Assembly (NCBI GenBank): GCA_965224195.1
Contig: OZ245040.1
Coordinates: 960,001-1,024,000 of the forward strand
Reading direction: 5' to 3'
Source: Nitrosopumilus sp.
Lineage (GTDB): Archaea > Thermoproteota > Nitrososphaeria > Nitrososphaerales > Nitrosopumilaceae
DNA: 64,000 nt
Under the pieces are notes generated by a model. That model was given only the letters and a program-made list of their open reading frames with translations, made no database searches and was not told where the DNA came from. The position numbers and the translations under genes are program-made. Position 1 is the first letter of the stretch. Each line of letters opens with the position of its first letter. Shown one piece after another: positions 49,789-60,072 of this stretch.

Positions 49789-50685
49789 TGCTACTTTCAA
49801 TCCTTTGTATCTATTTCTAATTGTTACTTCTGTAACTCCTGCAGCTTCTGCAACATCTCTTTGAGTTTTATTTTCACCATTTGTAACACATGCTACATAA
49901 AGTGCAGCTGCTGCTAACCCCATTGGATCTTTACCTGCTGATATTTTCTGTTCTTCAGCCGTTTGTAGAATTTTTGTTGCTTTTCTTTTTGTTTTTTCTG
50001 ATAACCCTGCTTTACTTGCAATTCTTGAAATGCATTTTACAGGATCAACTACTGGCATTTTCAAATTTAATTCTCTAAGTAATAATCTATAACATCTTGC
50101 AATATCTTTACGTTTAATGTTGCTTGCTTGACCAATATCTTTTAGAGTCCTTGGTGTTTCAGTATCCCTACATGCTGCATAGAGTGCAGATGCAATTAAT
50201 GCTGATATCGAACGTCCTCTTACTAGTCCTTTTTCTAAAGCTTTTCTGTAAATATAAGCTGCTTTCTCAACAACTGAATCTCCTATTACCAGTTTATCCT
50301 TTAATCTGTCTAATTCGCTAAACGCCTGTCTGAAGTTTCTGTCAACTGGTTCATGGACTTGACTTCTACTGTCCCATGTTCTTAATCTTTCAATAGTGCT
50401 TTTCATTGCTGCAGTTAATGGTTTGCCCGTTGCATCCCTGTTTTGGGGATTGATTACTGTGGCTAGCCCCATATCGTGCATTGCAAGTGATGTTGGAACT
50501 CCAGTTCTACTTTTGTTTTCACCCTCGTTTGAAAATGACCTCCATTCAGGACCTGATTCTTCTACTTTATCTGTAATAACAAATCCACATTTACCGCAAA
50601 AATTCTCGCCTGTATTGGCGTCTGTAACTATAGATCCCTTTCCACATCTGGGGCATTTGTCTTTTGGATTAGTTGTTTTAACCAT
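49777..50685 (-). CDS. tfb: Transcription initiation factor IIB
   Basis: CPRC..CGKC zinc ribbon, GPEWRSF, RGRSI, GKDPMGLAAAALY and VTEVTIRNRY. Confidence 0.96.
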   Translation of the reverse strand: MVKTTNPKDKCPRCGKGSIVTDANTGENFCGKCGFVITDKVEESGPEWRSFSNEGENKSRTGVPTSLAMHDMGLATVINPQNRDATGKPLTAAMKSTIERLRTWDSRSQVHEPVDRNFRQAFSELDRLKDKLVIGDSVVEKAAYIYRKALEKGLVRGRSISALIASALYAACRDTETPRTLKDIGQASNIKRKDIARCYRLLLRELNLKMPVVDPVKCISRIASKAGLSEKTKRKATKILQTAEEQKISAGKDPMGLAAAALYVACVTNGENKTQRDVAEAAGVTEVTIRNRYKGLKVALDL

Positions 50686-50838
50686 TTTCTCTCTCAAAAC
50701 CTTTTATCATGATATTTAAGATTTACTAATTCATTGCTTATAAGTATATCTGTGGTTGGCTTTGTAACATCGTCGGTTGAGATCTTCTCCTTGTCTCATT
50801 TCGGTTGGTTTTTGCCAAAATATAGAATTTAATTTTAT

Positions 50839-51609
50839 TTAATCTTGAATCGAATCATGCTTTTCAGAATTTTGTAGTATGATGTCTAATTCCTTTACTG
50901 AGGAGATTAACCAATTAATACAATATCTCATTACTTTTGTGACTTCTTCATCTGCATACTTTTTCAGAAATGAATTAAGTAAAACACGGTAGTTAGTTTT
51001 AATGAAAACAGTAATTATGAAATCTTGGAGATAAGGTGTTTCCAGATATGTTATTGCATTGAATATTTTCCCTGATTGATCTAATTTGAGATAAATTTGA
51101 TTTTTTAAAGGGGATGAAAAAGTAGAACTAGAATTTATCATATTTCTTATTCTTGTATCCATTTCGTCAAAATCATTTTTAATTCCCTTTGCTTCTGCAT
51201 CCAAATCCATTTTTGTTTTATCTTGTCTTGAAACACGCGATTTATCTGCTAAAAATCTACACCATCCAAATCCATATTGTAAATACCAATTAAGGTTTCT
51301 CAAATACTCAAAAACATCGTGGTATTCATTCATTATTGATTTATTTCTTTTATTATTTTGAATTAGAGTGGTAATTAAACTTGAAAGTAATACGGTTGAG
51401 ATTGTAAATGTACCTATAAACAAATTAAAGTCTTTTTGTTCATTAGGGTAGTTGAAAACAATATAGTTAAGAATTATAGTAAAAATTATCAGAGAAATTA
51501 TATAGAGAAATGCTAAAAACCCATTTTTCCATAATGTGTGATTGTATTTTTTATGATAGATTAATTTTGTAATTTCACTCAGATTTCTAAAAGGCATGTT
51601 GGTTATCAA
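50839..51609 (-). CDS. Orphan membrane protein (2 N-terminal TMs + helical domain)
   Basis: 256-aa very AT-rich ORF. Confidence 0.6.
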   Translation of the reverse strand: MITNMPFRNLSEITKLIYHKKYNHTLWKNGFLAFLYIISLIIFTIILNYIVFNYPNEQKDFNLFIGTFTISTVLLSSLITTLIQNNKRNKSIMNEYHDVFEYLRNLNWYLQYGFGWCRFLADKSRVSRQDKTKMDLDAEAKGIKNDFDEMDTRIRNMINSSSTFSSPLKNQIYLKLDQSGKIFNAITYLETPYLQDFIITVFIKTNYRVLLNSFLKKYADEEVTKVMRYCINWLISSVKELDIILQNSEKHDSIQD

Positions 51610-51765
51610 ATTAATAATTATTTAAGATTACATTCAATATTTACTGAATGCAAACCAGATCCTTATCTTCCATGTTTTTTGTCTAAAATCAGAATCGTTG
51701 AGAGTTTTTTGTAATATTTGATAACATAATACCCTTCTCTTTTCAATCTCAAAATACAAGTCAAT

Positions 51766-52047
51766 TTGATGACATTTATCAAATGTCTTGATTGCGGAGA
51801 AATACTAGAAAGCACATCTTTACATGATTTTGTGAAATGTTCGTGCCCAAATCCACTGTTTTTGGATGGGGGAGATGACTATTGCGGATATGGGGGCAAA
51901 GAAAAAGATCGACTTCAGATAATTGATTCTACAACAATTCACTCGTTTATCGTAGATAATTATCCTACATATGATGGGGATATTGATGATAGGTCCATAT
52001 GTGAGGTACTGGATGAAATTCATAGAAAATTAAAAAAATATGTGTGA
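51766..52047 (+). CDS. Phage-type small zinc-binding protein
   Basis: IKCLDCGEILES..HDFVKCSC...LDGG.DY pattern, which I associate with phage/MGE hypotheticals. Confidence 0.65.
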   Translation: MMTFIKCLDCGEILESTSLHDFVKCSCPNPLFLDGGDDYCGYGGKEKDRLQIIDSTTIHSFIVDNYPTYDGDIDDRSICEVLDEIHRKLKKYV

Positions 52048-52085
52048 ATTTATGAAGTTGCATTGATTTATCCTTGTTTAAAATT

Positions 52086-52454
52086 TTAATTATTTAATGG
52101 TGGATTAAGAATTGCTCTGACATAGTCTTCAAAAACTAACCTTTGTTGATCATCTACCATTCTTCTGTATTGAATTCTATATTTTAATGCATTTTGAGGA
52201 TAACTTGGATGGTGTTGAATTTTATTTTTTAGCGTAGAGTTACCATTACCGTTTATGTGTTGACTCATTCTTTCTGGAATGTTTCCTGATTCACCTACGT
52301 AAATTATTTCTCCTGTGTCTGGTCTGCTGAGAATGTATACTCCTGCAAACTGTTCTCTACCTGTCATTGTTTTCACTGTGATTGCAGCAGCTCCTAATAG
52401 TCGCTGCAATGCAATTTTGTGTTCTTTAATTCTACTACTATATTCTCTTTTCAA
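52086..52454 (-). CDS. GIY-YIG nuclease-family protein
   Basis: GVYIL...IYVGESGNIPERMSQH, E..V and LNPPLN. Confidence 0.8.
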   Translation of the reverse strand: MKREYSSRIKEHKIALQRLLGAAAITVKTMTGREQFAGVYILSRPDTGEIIYVGESGNIPERMSQHINGNGNSTLKNKIQHHPSYPQNALKYRIQYRRMVDDQQRLVFEDYVRAILNPPLNN

Positions 52455-52671
52455 AAAAACCGTATATAACTTTTCAAAGTCAGACTAGCCTCAATTTACC
52501 CCTCGACAGTTATCCGTATTAACTGTCACCAGTCAAGTCAGCAGAACCGAAAATGGTTCAGTTATAAAAAGCCCCGACACGCAACACGAATAAGATTATG
52601 GTTCAAGCTCCGCTAATGCAACAGAATCCAAAAATAGGAACTATTATTTACTGTAAAAATTAGAGTCTGAT

Positions 52672-55600
52672 GTGAACTGCCCTTATTTTTTTATCCTTGG
52701 TATAATTACATTGGCTCTAGTCGGCGGAGTCTCATCTGTGGGGGGGGGGTGGCATATGCTGACAATGCTGCTGATGCTGCCGGCGACATTCTAGTTGCAG
52801 ACTCGGGCAACCACCGCATCCAGGTGTTCAATCCTGACCATTCCTTCAAGTTTCAGTTTGGCAGCTCAGGCTCTGGTGACGGCCAGTTTAATACGCCCTG
52901 GAGCACGGCAATAGCACAAAACGGCGACATACTGGTAGTAGATCAGGGCAACCACCGCGTCCAGATATTCAACTCTGATGGCACATACAAGGCAAAGATT
53001 GGCAGCAGCACTTCTGGTGCTGCAGGCAGTAGTAGTGCCAACGGCGAGTTTGACAGCCCCCGAGGCATAACTATAACATCAGGCGGCGACATTCTAGTTG
53101 CAGACACGGGCAACAACCGCATCCAGGTGTTCAATCCTGACTATTCCTACAAGTCCAAGTTTGGCAGTCTGGGCAGCGGCAACGGCCAGCTCAACACTCC
53201 TTATGCTATAACGGTAGCAGCACCAAGCGGCGACATTCTAGTTGCAGACTCGGGCAACCACCGCATCCATATTTTTGACTCTAGCTATGCCTACAAGGCA
53301 AAGTTTGATAATAAAGTATCACAGTTTTTATCCGCACAAGGAGCCCATGCCATAGCAGTAGGGGCTAATGGCGATATCCTCGTTAATACGGGCTATGGTA
53401 GTATCGCTGTTTATGACTCTGCCACCTACGCCATAAAATCACTCCTTTCTAGTAACGCCGGCCAGGCCAGTAGCGGCATACTAGGCATAGCTGTCGCTCC
53501 AAACGGCGACATTCTCTTTACAGATACAGGAAGACATCACGTACAGGTATTCGGCTCTGACTATGTCTACAAGGCAGTTTTTGGCAGCTCAGGCTCTGGT
53601 GACGGCCAGTTTAACACCCCTTACGGCATAACAGTCGCCACTGCTGACAATACCCCGCCAAAATTTGATTCAGCAACACTAGATGAGGAAACCGGAGTTT
53701 TGGCAATAACTTTTAATGAGATAATTGCAAACGAGGGCTTGTCTACTGCCCCCTTTGATTTATCCAAACTGTTCATCAGTGAGACGGGAAGTGCCAGCGG
53801 CAGCAGCGGCGTTCAACTGAGCGGTGCCAGCATTGAAACTGTCGGCAACAGCACCTCCATAGAGATCAAGCTTACTGCACCTCAATTACAGTCAGTCATT
53901 GCATTGACTACTCCAGAACTGGACATCCTAGAAGCGGCAGTATTTGATGTTTCAGGTAATGAGATTCTCGCATCATATGACAATATCATTGCAGTAACTA
54001 ACAGTGTAGCACCAGTATCACCACCACTTGCTGCTCCAACTGGCCTTTCAGTGGCAGTATCTGGCACCACAGCTACCATCACTTGGACTGCACCTGCAAT
54101 ACCGGCCAATTCATTCTATGACATTAATTCCGTATCCTATATCGTGAATGTCACTGATACTGCTGCTGGCACCACCGTACCGTATACCGTACCTGCTGGC
54201 ACTACCGAGCATACGACGAACCTGATATTGGGCCAATTTTATGAGGTAACCGTAGAGGCAACAGCCTTGTTGTCAGATTCAACCGTTCTGTCCTCCCAAC
54301 CTACCGCAGCTGTATCCTTTGCTGTGTCTGAACCACCATCACTTGATGCGCCAACCAACCTTTCAGTGGCTGTATCTGGCACCACAGCTACTATTACTTG
54401 GACTGCACCTACAGTGGATACCAATGACTTCTATACCATTAATGATGTGAGTTATCAAGTGACTGTCGTTGATTCTGACGGTTCTGGTGCTGCATCAAGT
54501 GGTTCTATAACTGGCACCTCATATACGGCAACAGGCCTGACACCGGGTGAGTCATACAATGTATATGTAGTTGCATATGCTGTCGTTGGATCAAGCTATA
54601 CTGTGGAATCAGTTGAGGTATCTGCTTCCTTTAATATGCCAGCAGCAGCAGTAGTAGTAGTAGATAGCGGTGCAGGCACACCGCCATCACCAGATCAGAT
54701 TAAAGTACAAAATTTAGAGATAGAAAAAACAGGTAACAAAAGAGTCACTTTAACATGGAAAGCACCAGCAAATTCAGGTGATAAAGTATTAGATTATTAT
54801 AGTATCTCATACAATTGTCCTGCTACTCATGGTACAAAATATACTGAGATTCATACTGGCTTTACATCTGTGTCTATAGATAATTTGGATATAAGCGGCA
54901 TATGCAGGTTTCAAGTAACTCCAATATATCCTTCTGGTGGTGGTGTTAATAGTCTAATATTTCCTGGTGTTGATGGTGGTGTTACTGATAAAGGATTATC
55001 AGCTCCTCTAAAAGACATACCATTTACTGAAACACCAAAAGACATACGATTAACTGCTGCAATGGATGGCAGTGATGCAATCAAGGTGTCATGGCTTTCA
55101 ATATCCAGTGATATAGCTTTTTATGAACTGTCTTTGGGTGATGGTGATGACTCAAGAGGACTTGTGCCTTTAAAGGACTTTAAATATGAAGATGATAGGC
55201 CAACATCACAAATAATTAAAAACGTTGATCCTGGACGTACATATACTATTTACTTGGTTCTATACAATTATGAGGGCTCGGTACATTCTACTACTTTTAT
55301 TAAATATACAGTACCTGTTGACAGCATCCCGCCAAAATTAGAGTCAGCCGCACTGGATGAGGAAACAGGAGTCCTGACAATAACTTTTGATGAGATAATA
55401 GCAAACGAGGGCTTGTCTACTGCCCCCTTTGATTTATCCAAACTGTTCATCAGTGAGTCGGGAAGTGTTAATGGTACCGGCACGGCACTGAGCGGTGCCA
55501 GCATTGAAACTGTCGGCAACAGCACCTCCATAGAGATCAAGCTGACCGAATCCCAAAGACTGGCAGTCATTGCATTAACTGTCCCAGAACTGGACATCCT

Positions 55601-58001
55601 AGAAGCGGCAGTATTTGATGTTTCAGGCAATCAAATAGCTGCGGCACTAGACAATGCCATTGCAGTAACTAACAGTGTACAGCCGCCATCACTTGATGCG
55701 CCAACCAACCTTTTAGTCAATGTCATAAACGACACAGCCGCTGAAATTACCTGGACTGCACCTGCAATACCTGCCAATCCATTCTATGACATTAGTGACG
55801 TATCCTATCTCGTGAATGTTACTGATACTGCTGCTGGCACCACCGTACCGTATACCGTACCTGCTGGCACCACTACCACGCATACGGCAACAAACCTGAT
55901 ACCGGGCAAGTCCTATAATGCATCTGTAAAGGCAATAGTCTTGCTAGATTCAGGCGATGATTTGGAATCATCTGCCACAGCTGTATCCTTTGATATGCCG
56001 CCACCACTTGATGCGCCAACTAACATTTTAGTCAATGTCATAAACGGCACAGCCGCTGAAATCACTTGGACTGCACCTACAGTGGATGCCAATGAGTATT
56101 ATACCATTAATAATGTGAGTTATCAAGTAATTGTCCTTGATTCTATCAATGCTCCTACTGCATCAAGTGGTTCTATAACTGACACCTCATATACGGCAAC
56201 AGGCCTGACACCGGGTAAGTCATACAACGTATTTGTAGTTGCAGATGCCGCCGTTGGATTAACATATACTGTGCAATCATCTGCGGTATCTGCCCCCTTT
56301 GATATGCCTGCAGCAGATGCCCAAGCCGCAGCAGATGCCCAAGCCGCAGCAGATGCCCAAGCCGCAGCAGATGCCCAAGCCGCAGCAGATGCCCAAGCCG
56401 CGGCAGATGCCCAAGCCGCAGCAGATGCCCAAGCCGCAGCAGATGCCCAAGCCGCAGCAGATGCCCAAGCCGCAGCAGATGCCCAAGCCGCAGCAGATGC
56501 CCAAGCCGCAGCAGATGCCCAAGCCGCAGCAGATGCCCAAGCCGCAGCAGATGCCCAAGCCGCAGCAGATGCAGATGCCCAAGCCGCAGCAGATGCCCAA
56601 GCCGCGGCAGATGCTATAGATCCTGCACCAGTTGTTGTAACAGTAAATGCTGCAATGTATAACAGCACTGCAATCTTACTGACGTGGACCCAGCCGCCAT
56701 CATTAGAGGTAACTGGCTATGATTTATCATGGGTATCAGAGGATGCTAATGGTGACCCACATACTGGTGGTTACATATCACTTGACGGTGTAATAGGTGA
56801 TGTATTAGAATCCCACATATTTAATAAAGTTAATCCTGGAGAGACATACCACTTTACATTGGGTGTATTTTTCAATGTAGAAGGTCTTCCACAGCCTTTT
56901 GGCTCTTATGATGTGACATATACAGTACCAGATCCTAACGCAGATTCACTAAAAGATCACAAAAAGAAGAGGAGTACTGGCAGCTCAAATGAGCACTACA
57001 AAAAGCCAACCTTTGGACTGTCCCATCTGACAGAAAGTCTGATTGTAAATAATGGCATGTGCCTTAATGACAGCTGCGTTGACGTTGTATCATGGCACAC
57101 AAAATATCCGGAGGATAAAATATTAATAGACACCACAAACTATCTGCAGGCCAAAATGTACACTGATAAAACTTTGCGATATGTAGAGTTTTTCTTTGGA
57201 GTGCCAAGGCCTGGAGATGCATCTAATGCAGAGGTATTCGTAAAGGTAAGCCTGTCTAGAAACTATACCAGTCCAAATAACTATGATGTAACTGGCATCA
57301 GTACCATTGATGCAGAAGGTTTGCTGGATGGTACTGTAACTGCTGCAACCATACAGCCAAGCAAATGTCTTAGTGCAGATGCCGAACCAAACTGTCACAC
57401 TGTAACATTGCAGTTTGACTTCAACGAGGCGCCAATACACAGGGCATTTGCCATAGCGGCAGTTGACATGGACAGACGAGTCCATACAAATTACTTTAAT
57501 GACGGCTTTGTGGTACTTGGCGAATCACTAAATCCGGCAGACATGCACCATGTTGCAAACAGTGGCAAGTATCACTCTAATGAATATGCAAGTACGCACC
57601 AGCTGACACTGACCCAGACAGACAGGGCCAAGAACCTGTGGGCTGACCAGTGGGGATTTGCCTGGACACAAAATGACCATGGTACATGGCTCCAGCTGGA
57701 ACGAGATGAGTTTGTACGACACCAGGATGACATTAGCAGCGTAATGACCAGAACAAACTCTAACTATGACAGTATGATATCCCATGAGAAGGACCGCGCA
57801 TTGCAGCATGCAAAGGATATGTATGGCAGCATATATGACAAACCATCCTCTGATCTGGCAGAGCCTGTAACCATATGGATTGTGCCCTCACCAACAAGCA
57901 AGCTGCAAAACCCGGAGATACTTGATGCAATGAAACTGGAGGAAGCAAAGGCAATGAGCTATTTGCAGCATATGGTACGCGCAGACATGTCGCGCAAATG
58001 A
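52672..58001 (+). CDS. Large cell-surface protein: six NHL repeats, FN3/Ig-like domains, ADAQAA repeat and thaumarchaeal-type C-terminal domain; signal peptide out of frame at a G10 tract
   Basis: Main ORF 52749-58001; GDILVADSGNHRIQVF repeats; APTGLSV..TATITWTAP..YxV; upstream GTG 52672 gives MNCPYFFILGIITLALVGGVSSVGGG in another frame. Confidence 0.8.
52740..52749 (+). repeat. Poly-G tract (G10) between the signal-peptide core and the AYA cleavage site
   Basis: TCTGT-GGGGGGGGGG-TGGCATATGCT. Confidence 0.9.
53646..56310 (+). repeat. Intragenic module duplications (53646-54008 ~ 55320-55679; FN3 pair ~54020-54640 ~ 55683-56310)
   Basis: Near-identical DNA, e.g. GAGGGCTTGTCTACTGCCCCCTTTGATTTATCCAAACTGTTCATCAGTGAG occurs twice. 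Confidence 0.85.
56313..56615 (+). repeat. 18-bp tandem repeat GCAGATGCCCAAGCCGCA (ADAQAA), 16 full units plus partials
   Basis: 14 units, a 6-nt partial, 2 more units, then a partial; in frame. Confidence 0.95.
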
Positions 58002-58127
58002 TATCCCGTATTTTTTGAATGTTATGTTATCTGATACTTTGGTCAAAACTAGGCCGGATTTTTAACTGATGGTAAATTCGGGTGACAGAGTGGTTCAGTT
58101 AGGGTGATGGTAAAATTATTGGCATGA

Positions 58128-58352
58128 TCATTTTTTATCATCATCTAATAATTTTTTCAAACCATAGCCTGCTATGCCTAAAAATACCCCTACAATGGCA
58201 AATCCAGATGCATGTGTTGGATTATCTGGTTTTTTGATTTTTCTGTCCAAGCATGTGTTTGGTATTGGATTTATAATATCATATTCAATTTTTGCTTTGC
58301 GTAAAACTTTTTCTGTTTCTTGATGTGCAGAATAACTAGATGAGTTGTGCAA
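58128..58352 (-). CDS. Small protein with C-terminal TM helix
   Basis: GFAIVGVFLGIAGYGLKK. Confidence 0.5.
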   Translation of the reverse strand: MHNSSSYSAHQETEKVLRKAKIEYDIINPIPNTCLDRKIKKPDNPTHASGFAIVGVFLGIAGYGLKKLLDDDKK

Positions 58353-58393
58353 TTAGTCCAATTTGAGCATAATCTCAACATTTTCTAATCATA

Positions 58394-59406
58394 AGATCCA
58401 AAGCTAAGGCTGAATTATTTTCAATTCATGTTTAATTGCACAAAACTGGCAAAAAAACCAAAGCAATTTCTGCCAATAGCAGGACTAACTGTTCCACAGT
58501 TTGATTCCCCATACAAGGAAACAAAGAAAAATTACAAAACTGCAGAACAAAAGGGACTGTCCAAAAACAGAGAAAGGGACATTGGTGCAGGACACAAGTT
58601 TGACTTGTCCTTCAAAGGCAGAATTCTAATGTTTTTCATGTACTACAGAATGTACACAGCATATGACATGCCAGGGATGACATTTGATTTGGACAAACCA
58701 AACGTAATGAGAAACATCGGATGTTTGGAGCCTGCAGTGAAGCAGTCCATTGTAATTGCTGCCAAAAAATATGCAGACTCAAAAGAGATTAACGGCATGC
58801 AGGAACTGCAGGAATTCTTTCCGGAATTAGTTGCAATCACTGATGGCACAGAACAGCCCATCCCAAGACCAAAAAACAAAAAGAAAAGAAAGGCACGCCA
58901 TTCAGGCAAAAAGAAAAAGCATGCAGTACAAAATCAAGTCGCCATAAATCCTGATGGGATAACAATCCACAAATCTGCACATTCGCCTGGCAGCCATCAT
59001 GATTACGGAATTTACAAACCAAGGCATCCAACATTGTCTGAAGAGCTGCTGCAGTCTTATGATCCTGGATGTTTGGGGATGGAAAAGGACTTTCCAGAAC
59101 AGGCAAGTGTTTTGCCATGCAAGAAAAAGAAAGGAAAAAAATTGACTGTTGCTCAAAAGGAGTGGAACAGGATGCAGTCAAAAATTAGAATAAAAGTTGG
59201 ACGTGTCATTGCACAAGTCAGGCAATTTCGGATAAATCGCGATGTGTTTAGAAACAAATTATGCAGATATGATGTGACAAGTGAAATTGTTTGTGGGACT
59301 GTCAGTTTCAAGATTAAATGGAAAGAAGAATTCATTGCAATTCCATAAAATTAAGAATTAAATGACAGAAAAGTTAGATTTTTGTTTGTAATTACGCAAC
59401 TCATCT
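58394..59406 (+). mobile_element. IS5-family (DDE_Tnp_4 type) insertion sequence, probably inactive; ends approximate
   Basis: Short inverted ends ATAAGAT (58391) and ATCTTAT (59403-59409), possible TA target duplication; single transposase ORF. Confidence 0.65.
58428..59348 (+). CDS. IS5-family transposase with degenerate catalytic motif
   Basis: DGTEQPIPRP, HSGKKKKH, PGSHHD and YDPGCLG; RIKVGRVI where RxxVE is expected. Confidence 0.85.
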   Translation: MFNCTKLAKKPKQFLPIAGLTVPQFDSPYKETKKNYKTAEQKGLSKNRERDIGAGHKFDLSFKGRILMFFMYYRMYTAYDMPGMTFDLDKPNVMRNIGCLEPAVKQSIVIAAKKYADSKEINGMQELQEFFPELVAITDGTEQPIPRPKNKKKRKARHSGKKKKHAVQNQVAINPDGITIHKSAHSPGSHHDYGIYKPRHPTLSEELLQSYDPGCLGMEKDFPEQASVLPCKKKKGKKLTVAQKEWNRMQSKIRIKVGRVIAQVRQFRINRDVFRNKLCRYDVTSEIVCGTVSFKIKWKEEFIAIP

Positions 59407-59412
59407 TATAAG

Positions 59413-59991
59413 ATGAAACATCATGATGCCATGAAAGACAAAGCTCATGACAAAATGTCTGATGCAGCAAAAGACAAAATGAAAATGAAATTATCTGACA
59501 AATCTGACCGTATCAAGGCAATGATCATGGACAAACATGACATTTCTGATGAGCGTAGAGAAGAAATCAAGATGAAATACATTGAGAAACATGGTGATCT
59601 GACTGACGAGAAAAAGTCTGAACTCAAAATGAAATTCAAAGATCATATGAAAAATATGAGAATGGAAATCTCTGATGAGCGAAAATCTTCAATTCATGAT
59701 AGACTAGCTGAGATGAAAGCCTTCAAGGCAGAACTCCGTGATAGAGCATCTGAAATGACTGACGAGGAAAAACAGGAACTTGGAGCAGAATTCATTGAAA
59801 AGGCAAAAGACATGCAATTAGCATGGATTTCCCCACGCACACAAATGACTGCCGGCATTGATGCTGGAGATGTAGAATGTAGAGAAGGATTTAGCCTGGT
59901 AATGAAAGCATCAAACGGTGTTGCAATGTGCCTTAAAGCAGATACAGCACTTAAGATGATAGATAGAGGACTAGTAGTTCCTGCTAACTAA
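59413..59991 (+). pseudogene. Probably 5'-truncated Met/His/Lys-rich helical protein with a C-terminal thaumarchaeal disulfide module
   Basis: Begins right at the IS end, no signal peptide; ISPRTQM..VECREG..LVMK.SNG.AMCLK..A.KMIDRG. Confidence 0.6.
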
Positions 59992-60072
59992 TTTTTTTAT
60001 TTTTTATTTATTTTGTTTTAGACTGCAAGAGTAAAAGGAATTCTTTAAAAGAAATAAATATTTTATGACGTT

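Noticed and set aside
56313-56615. Regular short repeats as a CRISPR array
   Set aside because: Units are contiguous with no unique spacers, lie in frame inside a CDS, and no cas genes are present.
56123-56668. Alternative-frame ORFs (WASAAA)n, (CCGLGI)n and (QQMPKP)n
   Set aside because: Shadows of the 18-bp repeat, which has no stop codon in those frames.
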